From the NCBI GenBank assembly GCA_964609675.1, contig CAZSRX010000022.1, forward strand, positions 6,888-70,887: a stretch of DNA of 64,000 bases, given 5' to 3'. The translations under genes and the position numbers were made by a program. Positions 28,921-38,887 of the stretch are shown here, piece after piece (within the stretch, counting starts at the first letter, position 1; the number at the start of each line of letters is the position of its first letter). The notes below the pieces were generated by a model, which ran no database searches, was not told the DNA's origin, and worked only from the letters and a program-made list of their open reading frames with translations. Source of the DNA: an uncultured Bacteroidota bacterium. GTDB lineage: Bacteria > CLD3 > SB21 > JBBIRG01.

Positions 28921-29105
28921 AACTTTTCTTCCTGTTTATGAAAGTATTACGTAAATAAATATTTTAGTAATCGCATTTAAAAAATTGCGTTGACGGATAT
29001 AAAGTTTGTAGACTTTAAAATAAAATTTTTGATTAAGTCTTGTAATATTTAAAAGTATATCAATAATTTAAAAAAAACAATAACAAAGAATTCTTGGAAA
29101 AAAAT

Positions 29106-31991
29106 TTATCGTCTTCGAAGGCGCTGGGGCAATACGTTTCGGTTTTTTAATTCCTCGACGGTAGCATCATGGATTTCACGAAGCCGGATAAGCGTCTGCT
29201 CTGCTTCTGTTATTGACGCTTTTAACCGACCTATCGAAACCGCTTCTTTTTTACCGATATCCGTTTGGGTTTCAGCCACCATGCATCGCCATTGAGCTTT
29301 TTCAATCTTGCTTTCTTCCTTGACGATGGCTTGCCGGCAGGTTTTAAGCTGACGGCGAAGCATGGAATCTGAGTATTTCCTGAATTCCGGATTGCAGAGC
29401 AGTTCGGGCAGAAAAGCCGAAGGTTTTTCCTCCGGCCCGGTAATAAAGATTCCCTGAATAGCGCGTGTTACGCCGACATAACACACACGGCGCTCTTCTT
29501 CCGGCGATACGTCGGATTGGCGCCTGCGGTCCGATAAATTGTAATATACCACATACGGATATTCATTACCTTTGGTGCGGTGAATGGTGGTCATTATAAT
29601 TCCATCCGGCGGATCTTTGACAGTATCAGAACCTGAAGGTGAAAGCCCGTCAGCCGATCGTATCATCGCGTAAAAAGTCGCCACGTCATCGTACAATTCA
29701 GCCGTCGATTGGATGACTTCATAAATAATATCGTCCGAAGCCAGGTCCCTTTCATATCCATCCATCTCGGTGCGACGATAAAATTCCGCCAGCTGAAACC
29801 GGGATTCCATAGCGTTAAGTATTTGCACGGGGCGAAACGAGCCTGTCCGGGTTTTGTTTTGCAGAGCGACGATATCGGCAATAAGGCGCTGAGCTTCGCG
29901 GGCTTTATCCGGCTTTCCTCTACGGTTAAACGCATCCGGAAGACGCGTCAGTTCGTTCCAGCCGCTGACCGGATAAATCACTTCATTGGTGAAATACCGG
30001 AGCGGACGTTTTAAAATCCGTTGATAGTCCTCGCGCCGCGCCTGTTCCGGATGCAGAATCACGCTCAGATAGCTGGCCACATCTCTGCCCGGCGGCGTCT
30101 GGAACAGCCGTTCCATGCGTACCGGCGTATGCGGTATCTGGTAGCGGTCAAGGATCAGCGCCATCGGAAACTGATAGACGTGATAGCGGTAAAGAACGGC
30201 AAAGTGCCTCCAGTTCAGGCGTTGCGCATTTTTGGTTTGCCGTATCCACTGCACCGCCCGTTCGGCTTGATCCAGCAGGTCGTCGGCCGTCGCTACATCG
30301 AAACTGCCCTCGGGCGCGTCCGGCCGTGCCTGGATGTCCTTGTCTACGCGCCGGGTGTTATGGCGAATCAGCCGCTTGGAATGACGGATAACCGATCGCG
30401 CCGACCGGTAGTTCGTCTGAAGCACACATAGCGGCGCACCGGGGTAATATTGGTTGAAATTCAATATATGATCAACCTCCGCGCCGCGCCATCCGTAGAT
30501 CATCTGATCATCATCACCGACAACAAAAAGATTGTTCTGCGGCGCCGCGAGAATACGCATCAGCCACAATTGCGCCTGGTTGAGGTCCTGATACTCATCC
30601 ACCAGAACAAATTCAAACCGCGCCTGAAGCCGGCGACGGAAATCCGGACGGTCAATCAGAATCCGCAGCGCGAGATAAAGCATATCGTCAAACGTCAGTA
30701 AGCGCCGTTGTTCCTGCCTGCGCTGCACCGTTTCAAATACGGCCCGCACGACATCGGTGCCCGTGGCGATGACGGCATCTAAATCTTTCCATTCCGGAAT
30801 TTCATTTTTAATCATCGTGAGCCAGCCGGCGGCCGTGGCGGGTTCGATCCATGGAAAATTTTTGTCTGCGGTCCGGTGTTCTTTAATAACCGCCTCTATA
30901 AGGGGCCACCATTCCCGCGCATTCAGCGCCCCATCATACTGCCATCCCAGCGCCTGCTGAATGATTTCATACCCCAGTGAATGAAAGGTACGGACGACGG
31001 CGCCGGCGTCGTCAAACTGCTCGGAAACCGGAATATTTTTCGCCGTCAGTCGGTCGCGCATTTCCTGTGCGGCTTTTTTGTTGAAGGCCAGCGCCAGAAT
31101 GGAAGACGGCATCACGCCCCGCCCGATCAGATAAATAATCCGGTTAGTCAGTACTTTGGTTTTTCCGGAACCGGCCGGCGCCAACACCCGGATAGGCCCC
31201 GTCGCATGATGGACGGCGTTCTTCTGATGAGGATCGTTCAGAATCTCTTTATCGACCGACACGGTTTCCCGCGAGCCGCTCTGGTTTTGAAAACACCAAT
31301 TCGCAATATTACGGCGGTTGGCGCTTATCTGGTAGGCGCTGATTCGGCAGGACGCACCGTATCCCGGACTTATCGGAGTCGTTTGCCCGTTATCCAACAG
31401 ACAATGATTCTGATCATTGATCACCACCGCCGATCCGGCAACGGCTTCGCCTCCGAAATCGATTAGATTACCCTCCGATGCTATCCGGCTCAGCGGTTCA
31501 TAGCACAACGTCTGGATGTCGGTGGATACTCCGGCCGTAAAATTTCTGTAATACAGCAACAGCGCCAGGTGATCGGCGGCCAGATAGTTTTCCAGTCTGG
31601 TTTTATCGTGATGCACAATTCCCGAATCGAGGAGCGGCCAGCGATAGGCGTCACGGACGAAAGATGTAAAAAAGGATACGGGTAAATTATGATACACCTG
31701 CGGCAGGACGCAATAACGCAACAACGGTCCAACTATCCCTTCATAGCGCTCCGGCTGTAAATCCTGGATAATAATTAAATGCCCCCGCGCGTCCCGCGGT
31801 TGTTTCAGGTTCTCCGGTCTGATTTTAGACAGCGTTACGGTTTCGGCGATACCATCCGCTTCCTTTATATGACCGGCCAGTACGGAAGCCGATTCGTGCG
31901 AAGCGCCATACAGGGTTATTCCCCGCCCGATACGATGATAAAGGCCGATGCGACGGTAATAATCGCTGATGGGTATCGTGCCGTTCGCCAT
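29106..31991 (-). CDS. UvrD/Rep-family (SF1) DNA helicase with an N-terminal extension of about 300 aa; start uncertain, the ORF is open to 32099
   Basis: Walker A LAPAGSGKTKVLTNRI, motif II VLVDEYQDLN, motif III VGDDDQMIYGWRGA and motif VI TIHRTKGNEYPYVV. The longest ORF would overlap uppP by about 100 bp, so the Met at 31991 is preferred. Confidence 0.8.
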   Translation of the reverse strand: MANGTIPISDYYRRIGLYHRIGRGITLYGASHESASVLAGHIKEADGIAETVTLSKIRPENLKQPRDARGHLIIIQDLQPERYEGIVGPLLRYCVLPQVYHNLPVSFFTSFVRDAYRWPLLDSGIVHHDKTRLENYLAADHLALLLYYRNFTAGVSTDIQTLCYEPLSRIASEGNLIDFGGEAVAGSAVVINDQNHCLLDNGQTTPISPGYGASCRISAYQISANRRNIANWCFQNQSGSRETVSVDKEILNDPHQKNAVHHATGPIRVLAPAGSGKTKVLTNRIIYLIGRGVMPSSILALAFNKKAAQEMRDRLTAKNIPVSEQFDDAGAVVRTFHSLGYEIIQQALGWQYDGALNAREWWPLIEAVIKEHRTADKNFPWIEPATAAGWLTMIKNEIPEWKDLDAVIATGTDVVRAVFETVQRRQEQRRLLTFDDMLYLALRILIDRPDFRRRLQARFEFVLVDEYQDLNQAQLWLMRILAAPQNNLFVVGDDDQMIYGWRGAEVDHILNFNQYYPGAPLCVLQTNYRSARSVIRHSKRLIRHNTRRVDKDIQARPDAPEGSFDVATADDLLDQAERAVQWIRQTKNAQRLNWRHFAVLYRYHVYQFPMALILDRYQIPHTPVRMERLFQTPPGRDVASYLSVILHPEQARREDYQRILKRPLRYFTNEVIYPVSGWNELTRLPDAFNRRGKPDKAREAQRLIADIVALQNKTRTGSFRPVQILNAMESRFQLAEFYRRTEMDGYERDLASDDIIYEVIQSTAELYDDVATFYAMIRSADGLSPSGSDTVKDPPDGIIMTTIHRTKGNEYPYVVYYNLSDRRRQSDVSPEEERRVCYVGVTRAIQGIFITGPEEKPSAFLPELLCNPEFRKYSDSMLRRQLKTCRQAIVKEESKIEKAQWRCMVAETQTDIGKKEAVSIGRLKASITEAEQTLIRLREIHDATVEELKNRNVLPQRLRRR

Positions 31992-32002
31992 GGTCCTTAC
32001 GG

Positions 32003-32842
32003 TTAGCGGATTATTCCGGCATACGCCAGCCCGATGATCACCGCGCCGATAACGATGCGGTAGATGATAAATATCAGCGTAGAGCGGGTTTGCAACCATC
32101 GGATCAGAAACGCGATACTGGCGTATCCCACCACGCCTGCCGCCAGGGTCGCCAATACAAGATTAAACAGTCCGATGCCGCCGAAACCGTTTTCCATAAG
32201 GTCTTTCAGTTCCAGAAGTCCGCTGGCGGTAATCGCCGGAATGCTCAGCAGGAATGAAAAACGCGCCGCCGATTCCCTGGTAAGACCAATGAACAATCCT
32301 GCCGTCAGCGTAACGCCCGAACGTGATACACCGGGAATCAGCGCCAGCGCCTGCGCCAACCCTACCCACTGCGTATCCCGGAACGTCATATCGCGGATGG
32401 TCCGCAGGTGCCGGGCCGCCGTTTCAGCGACAGCCAGCAAAACAGCCAATGCCATCAGCGCCCCGCCGATAAGGTACAGACTGCGCCATTCATTCTCAAT
32501 ATAGTCCTTGAATAGCAGTCCACACACCCCGATCGGCACCGTGCCGAGCACAATAAACCACGCTAACCGGGCCTGATGCGTAAAATCGGGCGTCCAGGAA
32601 TGCCTTCGGGAAAAACCGGTCACGGATAAGACTCCCGCTTTCAGCAGACCGGTCCAATCGTTCCAGAAATAAATAAAAACGGCGGCTAACGTTCCCAACT
32701 GCGTTACGGCGGTTACCGCGGCCCCGGGGTCTTCCCAGCCCAGCAATGAAGGTACTATACGGACATGCGCCGTACTGCTCACCGGCAGAAATTCCGTCAG
32801 TCCCTGAACAATGCCTATTATCAACGCCTGTAAACTATCCAT
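32003..32842 (-). CDS. uppP: Undecaprenyl-diphosphate phosphatase
   Basis: MDSLQALIIGIVQGLTEFLPVSSTAHV N-terminus and PGVSRSGVTLTAGL motif typical of BacA/UppP, with multiple TM helices. The ORF-track start at 33070 is an upstream read-through. Confidence 0.85.
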   Translation of the reverse strand: MDSLQALIIGIVQGLTEFLPVSSTAHVRIVPSLLGWEDPGAAVTAVTQLGTLAAVFIYFWNDWTGLLKAGVLSVTGFSRRHSWTPDFTHQARLAWFIVLGTVPIGVCGLLFKDYIENEWRSLYLIGGALMALAVLLAVAETAARHLRTIRDMTFRDTQWVGLAQALALIPGVSRSGVTLTAGLFIGLTRESAARFSFLLSIPAITASGLLELKDLMENGFGGIGLFNLVLATLAAGVVGYASIAFLIRWLQTRSTLIFIIYRIVIGAVIIGLAYAGIIR

Positions 32843-34085
32843 GCGGCTCCTTGGTAGATTGCGGATCCAGTTCAATATAAATATTATTTCTGTTGCGCCT
32901 GATCCGGCGTGGCACGGCAGGTTCATGGCGAGCGCTCGGCGCCTTTGTTTCGATGGCGTCGGGTTCGCTGAAATCAAACGTAAGCAGGAAATCGCCGATA
33001 CCCGGTTTCCCAAGTTCCTGCCAATGCCGGTAAGCTGTTGCCAGCTGTTCCAACAGCCTATCGCCGTCACCCCAGACTTCGATCTCCCGGCCCATGCTGT
33101 ACTGCGGAATCAGTATCATACCGTTTCCGTCGGGTGTCAACGCATAATAACCGTAGCCGCCAAAACCGCTCCGAGCGGATTCCAACTCCGCCAGCTGCAG
33201 GCCGTAGCCCGAAAACGGTCCGCTCGTCAGCGTGTAAATATGAAAGCCTTCCAGCGCGGTGTATCCCTCAAAGACGATATCTTGGTACTGATGCTTCCTG
33301 CGAAACGTCTTATTCTGCAGTTCCGGATAAGGGCCTTCGGGACGCAGACAGGCACAGGCATCATACAATGTAATAAAATCCTGCTGTTTGCGGATTATCA
33401 GACTGTTTAAACCCCGGCGGGAACTTTCGTCAAGGCCGGTAAACACCGTAAAACAAATACCGCGGCCTTTGAGTTCGTGTTCAGCCGTCTTCACCAATTT
33501 TAACAGGTAATCGACGCCGCCCCAGTAATAGGGCACGATCAGGATTCCATTCAACGCCAGCTGACGGCACCAGAATTCGGGAATATACGGAGCGCCGGCA
33601 GTAACCAGCATCCGTTCAAACAACCTGTCAGTCCCGAATGTGTCCAGCGCGTTGCAAAGATGAATTTCGGGATGAAAACCATACCCGTCGAGATTCTTCC
33701 GCGCTTTTTCGATGAGTTCGGGGTCGTGATCAACGGAAAGGATAGGAGCGTCCGGCCCGCCCAGTTCGCTCAGCAAGGCGGCCGTATATCCCGAACCCGT
33801 ACCGATGTCCAGTACGCTCATACCGGGTTTCACGTCCAGCAATTCGAGCATCATGGCGGTCAGGGATGGCTGGCTGCAAGAGGCCGTGCACTCCACAACA
33901 CCCTGTACGGACTTGGTCTGTATGGCCAGCGCGCGGTCTTCGAAGGCCCGGTCTTTGATGGAAGCCGGCAGGAAATCACGACGCCGGATATGCGTGAATG
34001 CCTTCTCCACCGCTGCGCTTTGAATATAGCCCTCCGCTTTCAGCCTACGGACGAAACGCAGATGTTCATAATCAGGATTGGACAT
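32835..34085 (-). CDS. Protein-L-isoaspartate O-methyltransferase (PIMT/PCMT)-like methyltransferase with a C-terminal extension of about 200 aa
   Basis: PCMT core with AdoMet motif VLDIGTGSGYTAALL and LVTAGAPYIPE, followed by about 200 aa of unassigned sequence. It overlaps the uppP start by 8 nt. Confidence 0.7.
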   Translation of the reverse strand: MSNPDYEHLRFVRRLKAEGYIQSAAVEKAFTHIRRRDFLPASIKDRAFEDRALAIQTKSVQGVVECTASCSQPSLTAMMLELLDVKPGMSVLDIGTGSGYTAALLSELGGPDAPILSVDHDPELIEKARKNLDGYGFHPEIHLCNALDTFGTDRLFERMLVTAGAPYIPEFWCRQLALNGILIVPYYWGGVDYLLKLVKTAEHELKGRGICFTVFTGLDESSRRGLNSLIIRKQQDFITLYDACACLRPEGPYPELQNKTFRRKHQYQDIVFEGYTALEGFHIYTLTSGPFSGYGLQLAELESARSGFGGYGYYALTPDGNGMILIPQYSMGREIEVWGDGDRLLEQLATAYRHWQELGKPGIGDFLLTFDFSEPDAIETKAPSARHEPAVPRRIRRNRNNIYIELDPQSTKEPHG

Positions 34086-34158
34086 ACGTTTGTTTTATAT
34101 TAAAAAAAAAGCCCCGAACCGTACTGCGGCGGGGCCTGAATGAATCGCCGTCGGCGAT

Positions 34159-34743
34159 TTATAACTGATTTTGCACGTTGGCCACTACTTTATTGATGAT
34201 GGCCTTAAGGGTGTCAAACACGCCCGTTCCCTTAATGGCAACGGCTTCAAAATACGGCACGTTGAAATAATTCAAGCGCTTTTGCAGGTTTTCGATGGAA
34301 TCAATATCCGGCAGGTCGCGCTTGTTGTATTGGATGACCCACGGAAATTTATCAAGGCTATGGCCGTCCTCGCGCAGGTTGTTTTCGAGGTCGAGCAGCG
34401 TCTCGATATTGCCGTCCATGCGGTGTTTCTGGGAATCAGCCACAAACACGATGCCGTCAACGCCGTTCAGGATGACTTTACGGCTGGAGGCGTAATAAAC
34501 CTGCCCGGGCACCGTGTACAGGTTGAATTTCGGTTTCTTACCTTTAATGCGGCCGACTTCCAGTTGCAGGAAGTCGAAGAAGATCGTGCGGTCTTCCTTG
34601 GTTTTCAGCGAGACCAGTTCGCCGGCGAGGGAAGGATCCATTTTGGAGTGAATGTATTCCAGATTAGTGGTTTTACCGCTCATACCCGGCCCGTAGTATA
34701 CAATCTTCAAGTTTATCTCTTGTAATGCCCAGTTGATAAACAT
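34159..34743 (-). CDS. mglA: Ras-like small GTPase MglA
   Basis: KIVYYGPGMSGKTTNLEYI (P-loop), TVPGQVYYASSRKVILNGVDGIVFVADSQ and VIQYNKRDLP align closely with Myxococcus MglA. Confidence 0.9.
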   Translation of the reverse strand: MFINWALQEINLKIVYYGPGMSGKTTNLEYIHSKMDPSLAGELVSLKTKEDRTIFFDFLQLEVGRIKGKKPKFNLYTVPGQVYYASSRKVILNGVDGIVFVADSQKHRMDGNIETLLDLENNLREDGHSLDKFPWVIQYNKRDLPDIDSIENLQKRLNYFNVPYFEAVAIKGTGVFDTLKAIINKVVANVQNQL

Positions 34744-34794
34744 TAGTCGTCCTCGTATTTAAGTTTGTAGATAAATTTCTGTTTGGGGTATCCG

Positions 34795-35319
34795 TTATTT
34801 GAAAGATTCATCCAGCGCGTCGCCGAGCAGAGAACCGAATTCCGAATCAATAAGATCCTTGGCGCTGTCCTCGGTCATATTCGACTGGTCCTCGAAAATT
34901 TCGAGCAGATTCTGGATAGCCTTTTTAGTATAGATACGTATCAATCCGAGCGTGACGCTGGTATCAAACACCACGACCAGGAAGAAGTTATCCCCAACGT
35001 TGGAAAGGTATACGTTGCGTTTTTCCCCCTCGTGGAACAGCAGCTTAAATTTAGCGTCCTCGCCGACCAGCTTGGCCATTTCGGCGGTGGCGGCAAAATC
35101 GCTTGCCGCAAGGGCCGACAGCACGGTAGTGTTCATCTTGTCCGTGTTGCCACGCTGACTGATCAGCTGTCCACTCATGTCCGCGAACAGAATGGCCGAC
35201 GCTTTGGTCTTGGCGGCCAGTTCGGACAGCACTTTCGTCACACCCTCAAACTGCTTGCCGTTCAAAATAATCTGCTTGCTGCCATCCTTCAATTTTCTGG
35301 TTTGCAACATAACGGTCAC
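34795..35319 (-). CDS. mglB: Roadblock/LC7-domain protein, MglB-like GTPase-activating partner
   Basis: Roadblock/LC7 fold signature (AILFADMSGQLIS...NFFLVVVFD). Sits immediately upstream of mglA on the same strand. Confidence 0.75.
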   Translation of the reverse strand: MTVMLQTRKLKDGSKQIILNGKQFEGVTKVLSELAAKTKASAILFADMSGQLISQRGNTDKMNTTVLSALAASDFAATAEMAKLVGEDAKFKLLFHEGEKRNVYLSNVGDNFFLVVVFDTSVTLGLIRIYTKKAIQNLLEIFEDQSNMTEDSAKDLIDSEFGSLLGDALDESFK

Positions 35320-35431
35320 CCTCTGCTATTATTATTATTAATCAGTATAACCCACATAGATAAACCCGGTTCGGAATTTTTTTACCGCAAGTTTAGTGTA
35401 AATATTTTTATCCTAACAATCAATGATTTTT

Positions 35432-36208
35432 TTATGAAATCCGTTTTCGTTTCAGCCGTTCGATGGCCGCCTTGAGACTTTCGCGGAGCCGTTCAATGGC
35501 ATTGGCCAGATCGCCAATCTCGTCCTTGGCTTCCACGCGGACGATGCTTTCCAGGTCGCCCATACTGATCTTGTCGGCCGATTCGGTCAAGTAGAGAATC
35601 TGCTTGGTCAGCCGGTTGGAAGCAATCAGGGCAATGATCATGGCGACCAGCACGGCAAAAGCCAGCACGCCGCCGACCAGCAGGGCGGTGTTACGGATAA
35701 TGTCGTCCATGTATTTGCGGGACATGCCCACATGCGCGTAACCCAGCACGGACTCGCCGATCGGGGTAGAGATCTCATAATTTTCGATTTCCACCGTCTC
35801 GCCCTTTTCATTAACATTCTGCACCCGCGTCAGGTCAATCTTGTAATCGCCTTTGGGGGTACGGATAACGTTTTCCTGCAGCACCTGCCGCTGGTTATAG
35901 GAACCGATCTTGAACTTCTGGGCGGCGACTTTCTGATCTTTATCGGAAATATATACGTACGACACGGCGGTAAACCGTGACGAGATGTCCACCAGATTCT
36001 GGATGTCGACTTCGTCGTCGCCGACCAGTGGCCGTTCACTCTGTTTGCCCAGCGTGGTTGCAATTGCCTTGCCGCGTTCGGTCAACTCGGTCTGTAGGGA
36101 ATCGGACACCAGGTACACCACCAGGTAGGTGATGCCGATGCCAAATATCAATGCGCCAGATAAAATGATGATAGGCACTTTCCATTTGAGACTTAACGCT
36201 TTTGCCAT
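35432..36208 (-). CDS. Membrane protein with periplasmic sensor region and C-terminal HAMP domain, no output domain
   Basis: N-terminal TM, a periplasmic region of about 150 aa, a second TM, then HAMP (SNRLTKQILYLTESADKISMGDLESIVRVEAKDEIGDLANAIERL). Confidence 0.6.
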   Translation of the reverse strand: MAKALSLKWKVPIIILSGALIFGIGITYLVVYLVSDSLQTELTERGKAIATTLGKQSERPLVGDDEVDIQNLVDISSRFTAVSYVYISDKDQKVAAQKFKIGSYNQRQVLQENVIRTPKGDYKIDLTRVQNVNEKGETVEIENYEISTPIGESVLGYAHVGMSRKYMDDIIRNTALLVGGVLAFAVLVAMIIALIASNRLTKQILYLTESADKISMGDLESIVRVEAKDEIGDLANAIERLRESLKAAIERLKRKRIS

Positions 36209-36285
36209 AGGTTACTCCAATTTATTTCCGCTAACGCTTAGTATGGTAATGAACGGCCTTCTTCCGAAGGCGTTCGGGATATCCG

Positions 36286-37089
36286 TTAATGCAAGGACTT
36301 AATCTTTTTCAGCATCAGTTGTTGGAATGCGACTTGTTTGGCCGGATCGTAAATTTCATTACTGATACCTTCCACGAGGCTCGGTATTTTATCTTTGGGG
36401 AAACTTATGCGGGTTTCACCGAAGCCTTCAATCACGTCGTCAATAATAATGGAAGCCACCGGCCCGATAATCTGTACCAGTTCGTTCTCCAGATTGGAGA
36501 AGAAGTTGGAACTGACAACTTCTTTCATGACGGGTTTGCCGCTGGCGCCGATATCCGCCAGACCGGCTTCCATAAGAGCCGCCATGATGGTAGCCACCTC
36601 GATTTCACGGGTATTAAGTTTATCCGCGATTTCGGTTACCGAAAGTTCGCCGGCTTCCAGGGTATTCAGAACTTCCCAATCTTTGCCTTTGAGTTTCACG
36701 TTCGGCGGGGGTTCCTGCCCGGTTTTCTTGAACCGAATCCGGAAAGAGGGTATAATATGACAAATTTTCTGCCAGGCCTGATAGTGCTGAGTGCCTTCGC
36801 TCAGAAGCGTGCCGGTATCTTTTTCGATGGTTTTCTGCGCTGTGGTTTCTTCAGGATCAAATGCAAACTTGCCGTGATTCCACAAAATCAGTTCAAAGAA
36901 CGCCGGCTCGCCCAGGTAATTACCGCACAGCGCATGGATAATGCGCCCGCCGCTCAGATAGATCTCTCCGGTTTCCTGGTGCTCTTCCTTCTGAAGCAGC
37001 AGCCGTCCGTCCCGGTCGCCGGACACTAACAGTTTGAGAATGTTAATGACCTCAATGTAAGCCAAACTTCCGGATAGTACATTAGACAT
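36286..37089 (-). CDS. DUF4388-domain protein
   Basis: N-terminal GSLAYIEVINILKLLVSG motif characteristic of DUF4388 (PATAN-associated). Confidence 0.5.
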   Translation of the reverse strand: MSNVLSGSLAYIEVINILKLLVSGDRDGRLLLQKEEHQETGEIYLSGGRIIHALCGNYLGEPAFFELILWNHGKFAFDPEETTAQKTIEKDTGTLLSEGTQHYQAWQKICHIIPSFRIRFKKTGQEPPPNVKLKGKDWEVLNTLEAGELSVTEIADKLNTREIEVATIMAALMEAGLADIGASGKPVMKEVVSSNFFSNLENELVQIIGPVASIIIDDVIEGFGETRISFPKDKIPSLVEGISNEIYDPAKQVAFQQLMLKKIKSLH

Positions 37090-37134
37090 ATGAATAACTC
37101 CTCAGGAACGGGTTATTGAAATATAAAAAAATCC

Positions 37135-37572
37135 TTAATTAACGGTTTCTACCAGCGTCCAGCTTTCCGGGTCCATATTGCTGCGGACCAGATAACTCCG
37201 CCGGGATGTCTCGATTTTGGAAGTGCGCTTCTGGAACTTCTTGTCGGCTTCCAGGTCGGCAATAGCCACATTGACAGTTAGGCGGAGCATGGCCACGCTG
37301 ACCTCCGGATTGCACAGAATGATGATATTATAGTTGTTCTGGGTATAAGCGAACACGCGCCCGTTTTCATATTTTAGGTCGTATTCATGAATATGGCTGC
37401 CCAGGCGGTCAAATATAGCGGCCATCTGGACCACGTCCTTCGCGATTTCCTGATAAATTTCAGCGTCCAGACCGGGAGCCAGTTTATTATAAACCAGCTC
37501 GCCGTCGTTAAAAAACATAAACGAGGCTTTGACGCCGTCCACTGAATCGATTTCTTCTAGCTTGTCTTTCAT
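37135..37572 (-). CDS. Roadblock/LC7-domain protein, second MglB/MglC-like paralogue
   Basis: Size and pattern (GVKASFMFFNDGELV...NIIILCNPEVSVAMLRL) consistent with the roadblock fold. Confidence 0.5.
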   Translation of the reverse strand: MKDKLEEIDSVDGVKASFMFFNDGELVYNKLAPGLDAEIYQEIAKDVVQMAAIFDRLGSHIHEYDLKYENGRVFAYTQNNYNIIILCNPEVSVAMLRLTVNVAIADLEADKKFQKRTSKIETSRRSYLVRSNMDPESWTLVETVN

Positions 37573-37620
37573 AGGTTAATCCGGATTCTCTTTTACCGCG
37601 CCTGTCGGCCGCTTATGGTT

Positions 37621-38274
37621 TTATTGAAAAGAAGCGTATATTTTTTCCAGTGCTTGTTCGACGCCGTCGGGATTGGCTTTCAGGTCAATGTTGAGCTCTA
37701 CCACGTCGTCTTTCCATTTCGTCAATATCTTTCTATCGGCTTTGCCGCTGATATGGCCGGCCTTGACGGCCCCGGATTTGGATGCCCGTCCGACTTTATC
37801 GATCTTGCGAAGAATGAACGCCATGGCGGCGGCGGCGCGTTTGCCGTTGGCGATGCCTTCTTCCATGAGAATTTCGCCGAACAGACTGCAGATAAGTACG
37901 CCGTTCACGCCGTTAATATTCTTAATGCCCTTTGAAATTTTACTCAGCGCGTCACCCTTGGCTTCCAGAGCTTCGTCAATCAGGCGCAGACCTTCAAGAA
38001 GAAGATTGCTCCACGGCGTGTTGATCGTACGTTTGGGCGGCGGCACATCATTCTCAACCCGAAACGGCCCTTCTTTAATCTGCAGGATCTTATAGATCGC
38101 TTCTTCGCCTTCGATATTGCCGTAGGTCGCGTGCACAATATTGCCATCCGAAAAATATATCCGGCCGTTCACCTTATGATGATCCACGGTGAACATGGAA
38201 TTGTTCTTTTCCATGCAGTTCAGCTGAACAATATTGGCCAGTTTCAGATCTTTTAAATTTCCAACGAGAGCCAT
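37621..38274 (-). CDS. DUF4388-domain protein with C-terminal roadblock-like region
   Basis: N-terminal GNLKDLKLANIVQL (DUF4388 signature). C-terminal GVLICSLFGEILMEEG...AAMAFIL is roadblock-like. Confidence 0.45.
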   Translation of the reverse strand: MALVGNLKDLKLANIVQLNCMEKNNSMFTVDHHKVNGRIYFSDGNIVHATYGNIEGEEAIYKILQIKEGPFRVENDVPPPKRTINTPWSNLLLEGLRLIDEALEAKGDALSKISKGIKNINGVNGVLICSLFGEILMEEGIANGKRAAAAMAFILRKIDKVGRASKSGAVKAGHISGKADRKILTKWKDDVVELNIDLKANPDGVEQALEKIYASFQ

Positions 38275-38310
38275 GTGTCACTTACCTCACTGATAGGGGT
38301 TGGGCATGCT

Positions 38311-38685
38311 TTATTTTAATGCCTCACTGATAATTTGTTTCATAAGCTTGATCTCAAAAGGCTTTTCCACATAGCGGTAAGCGCCGGAACTGAGCGCTTC
38401 TTCCTTTTTTTCGTCGGAACCGTAAGCCGTCATAATGATCACATGGGTCTGCGGGCGATCGGCTTTGATGCGTTTCAACAGTTCGATGCCTGTGATTCCC
38501 GGCATGGTAATGTCCGTGATGACTATGTCAAACGGTTGTTCGCTGAACTTCTCCCAGGCTTCGTTACCGGAAGAGGCCGTCACGACTTCGTAATTCTCCT
38601 TGGAAATGATGAAACTCTGATACAAGCTGAATGTCAGAGTTTCTTCATCATCCACGATGAGAATGCGTTTGAATTGTTCCGACAT
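38311..38685 (-). CDS. Stand-alone response regulator receiver (CheY-like)
   Basis: ILIVDDEE, the phospho-acceptor at DIVITDITMPGITG, and IIMTAYGS...K. 124 aa. Confidence 0.85.
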   Translation of the reverse strand: MSEQFKRILIVDDEETLTFSLYQSFIISKENYEVVTASSGNEAWEKFSEQPFDIVITDITMPGITGIELLKRIKADRPQTHVIIMTAYGSDEKKEEALSSGAYRYVEKPFEIKLMKQIISEALK

Positions 38686-38887
38686 AAGACCCTCTTAATA
38701 TCTGTATATAAAATCGTTCTTAAAATTCTGATTTATTTTCACCGCGCTGTCCCTTATTCGGAATAGCCGATTAGGTTTATACTTGTCCTGACTTAAGGCA
38801 AGCAGAATATAGTCAATAAAACCTATTTTGTCAATAAATTTAATTAAACCTAATAGTTATTTATCCGATTACGCCAGCCGTGCAGGG

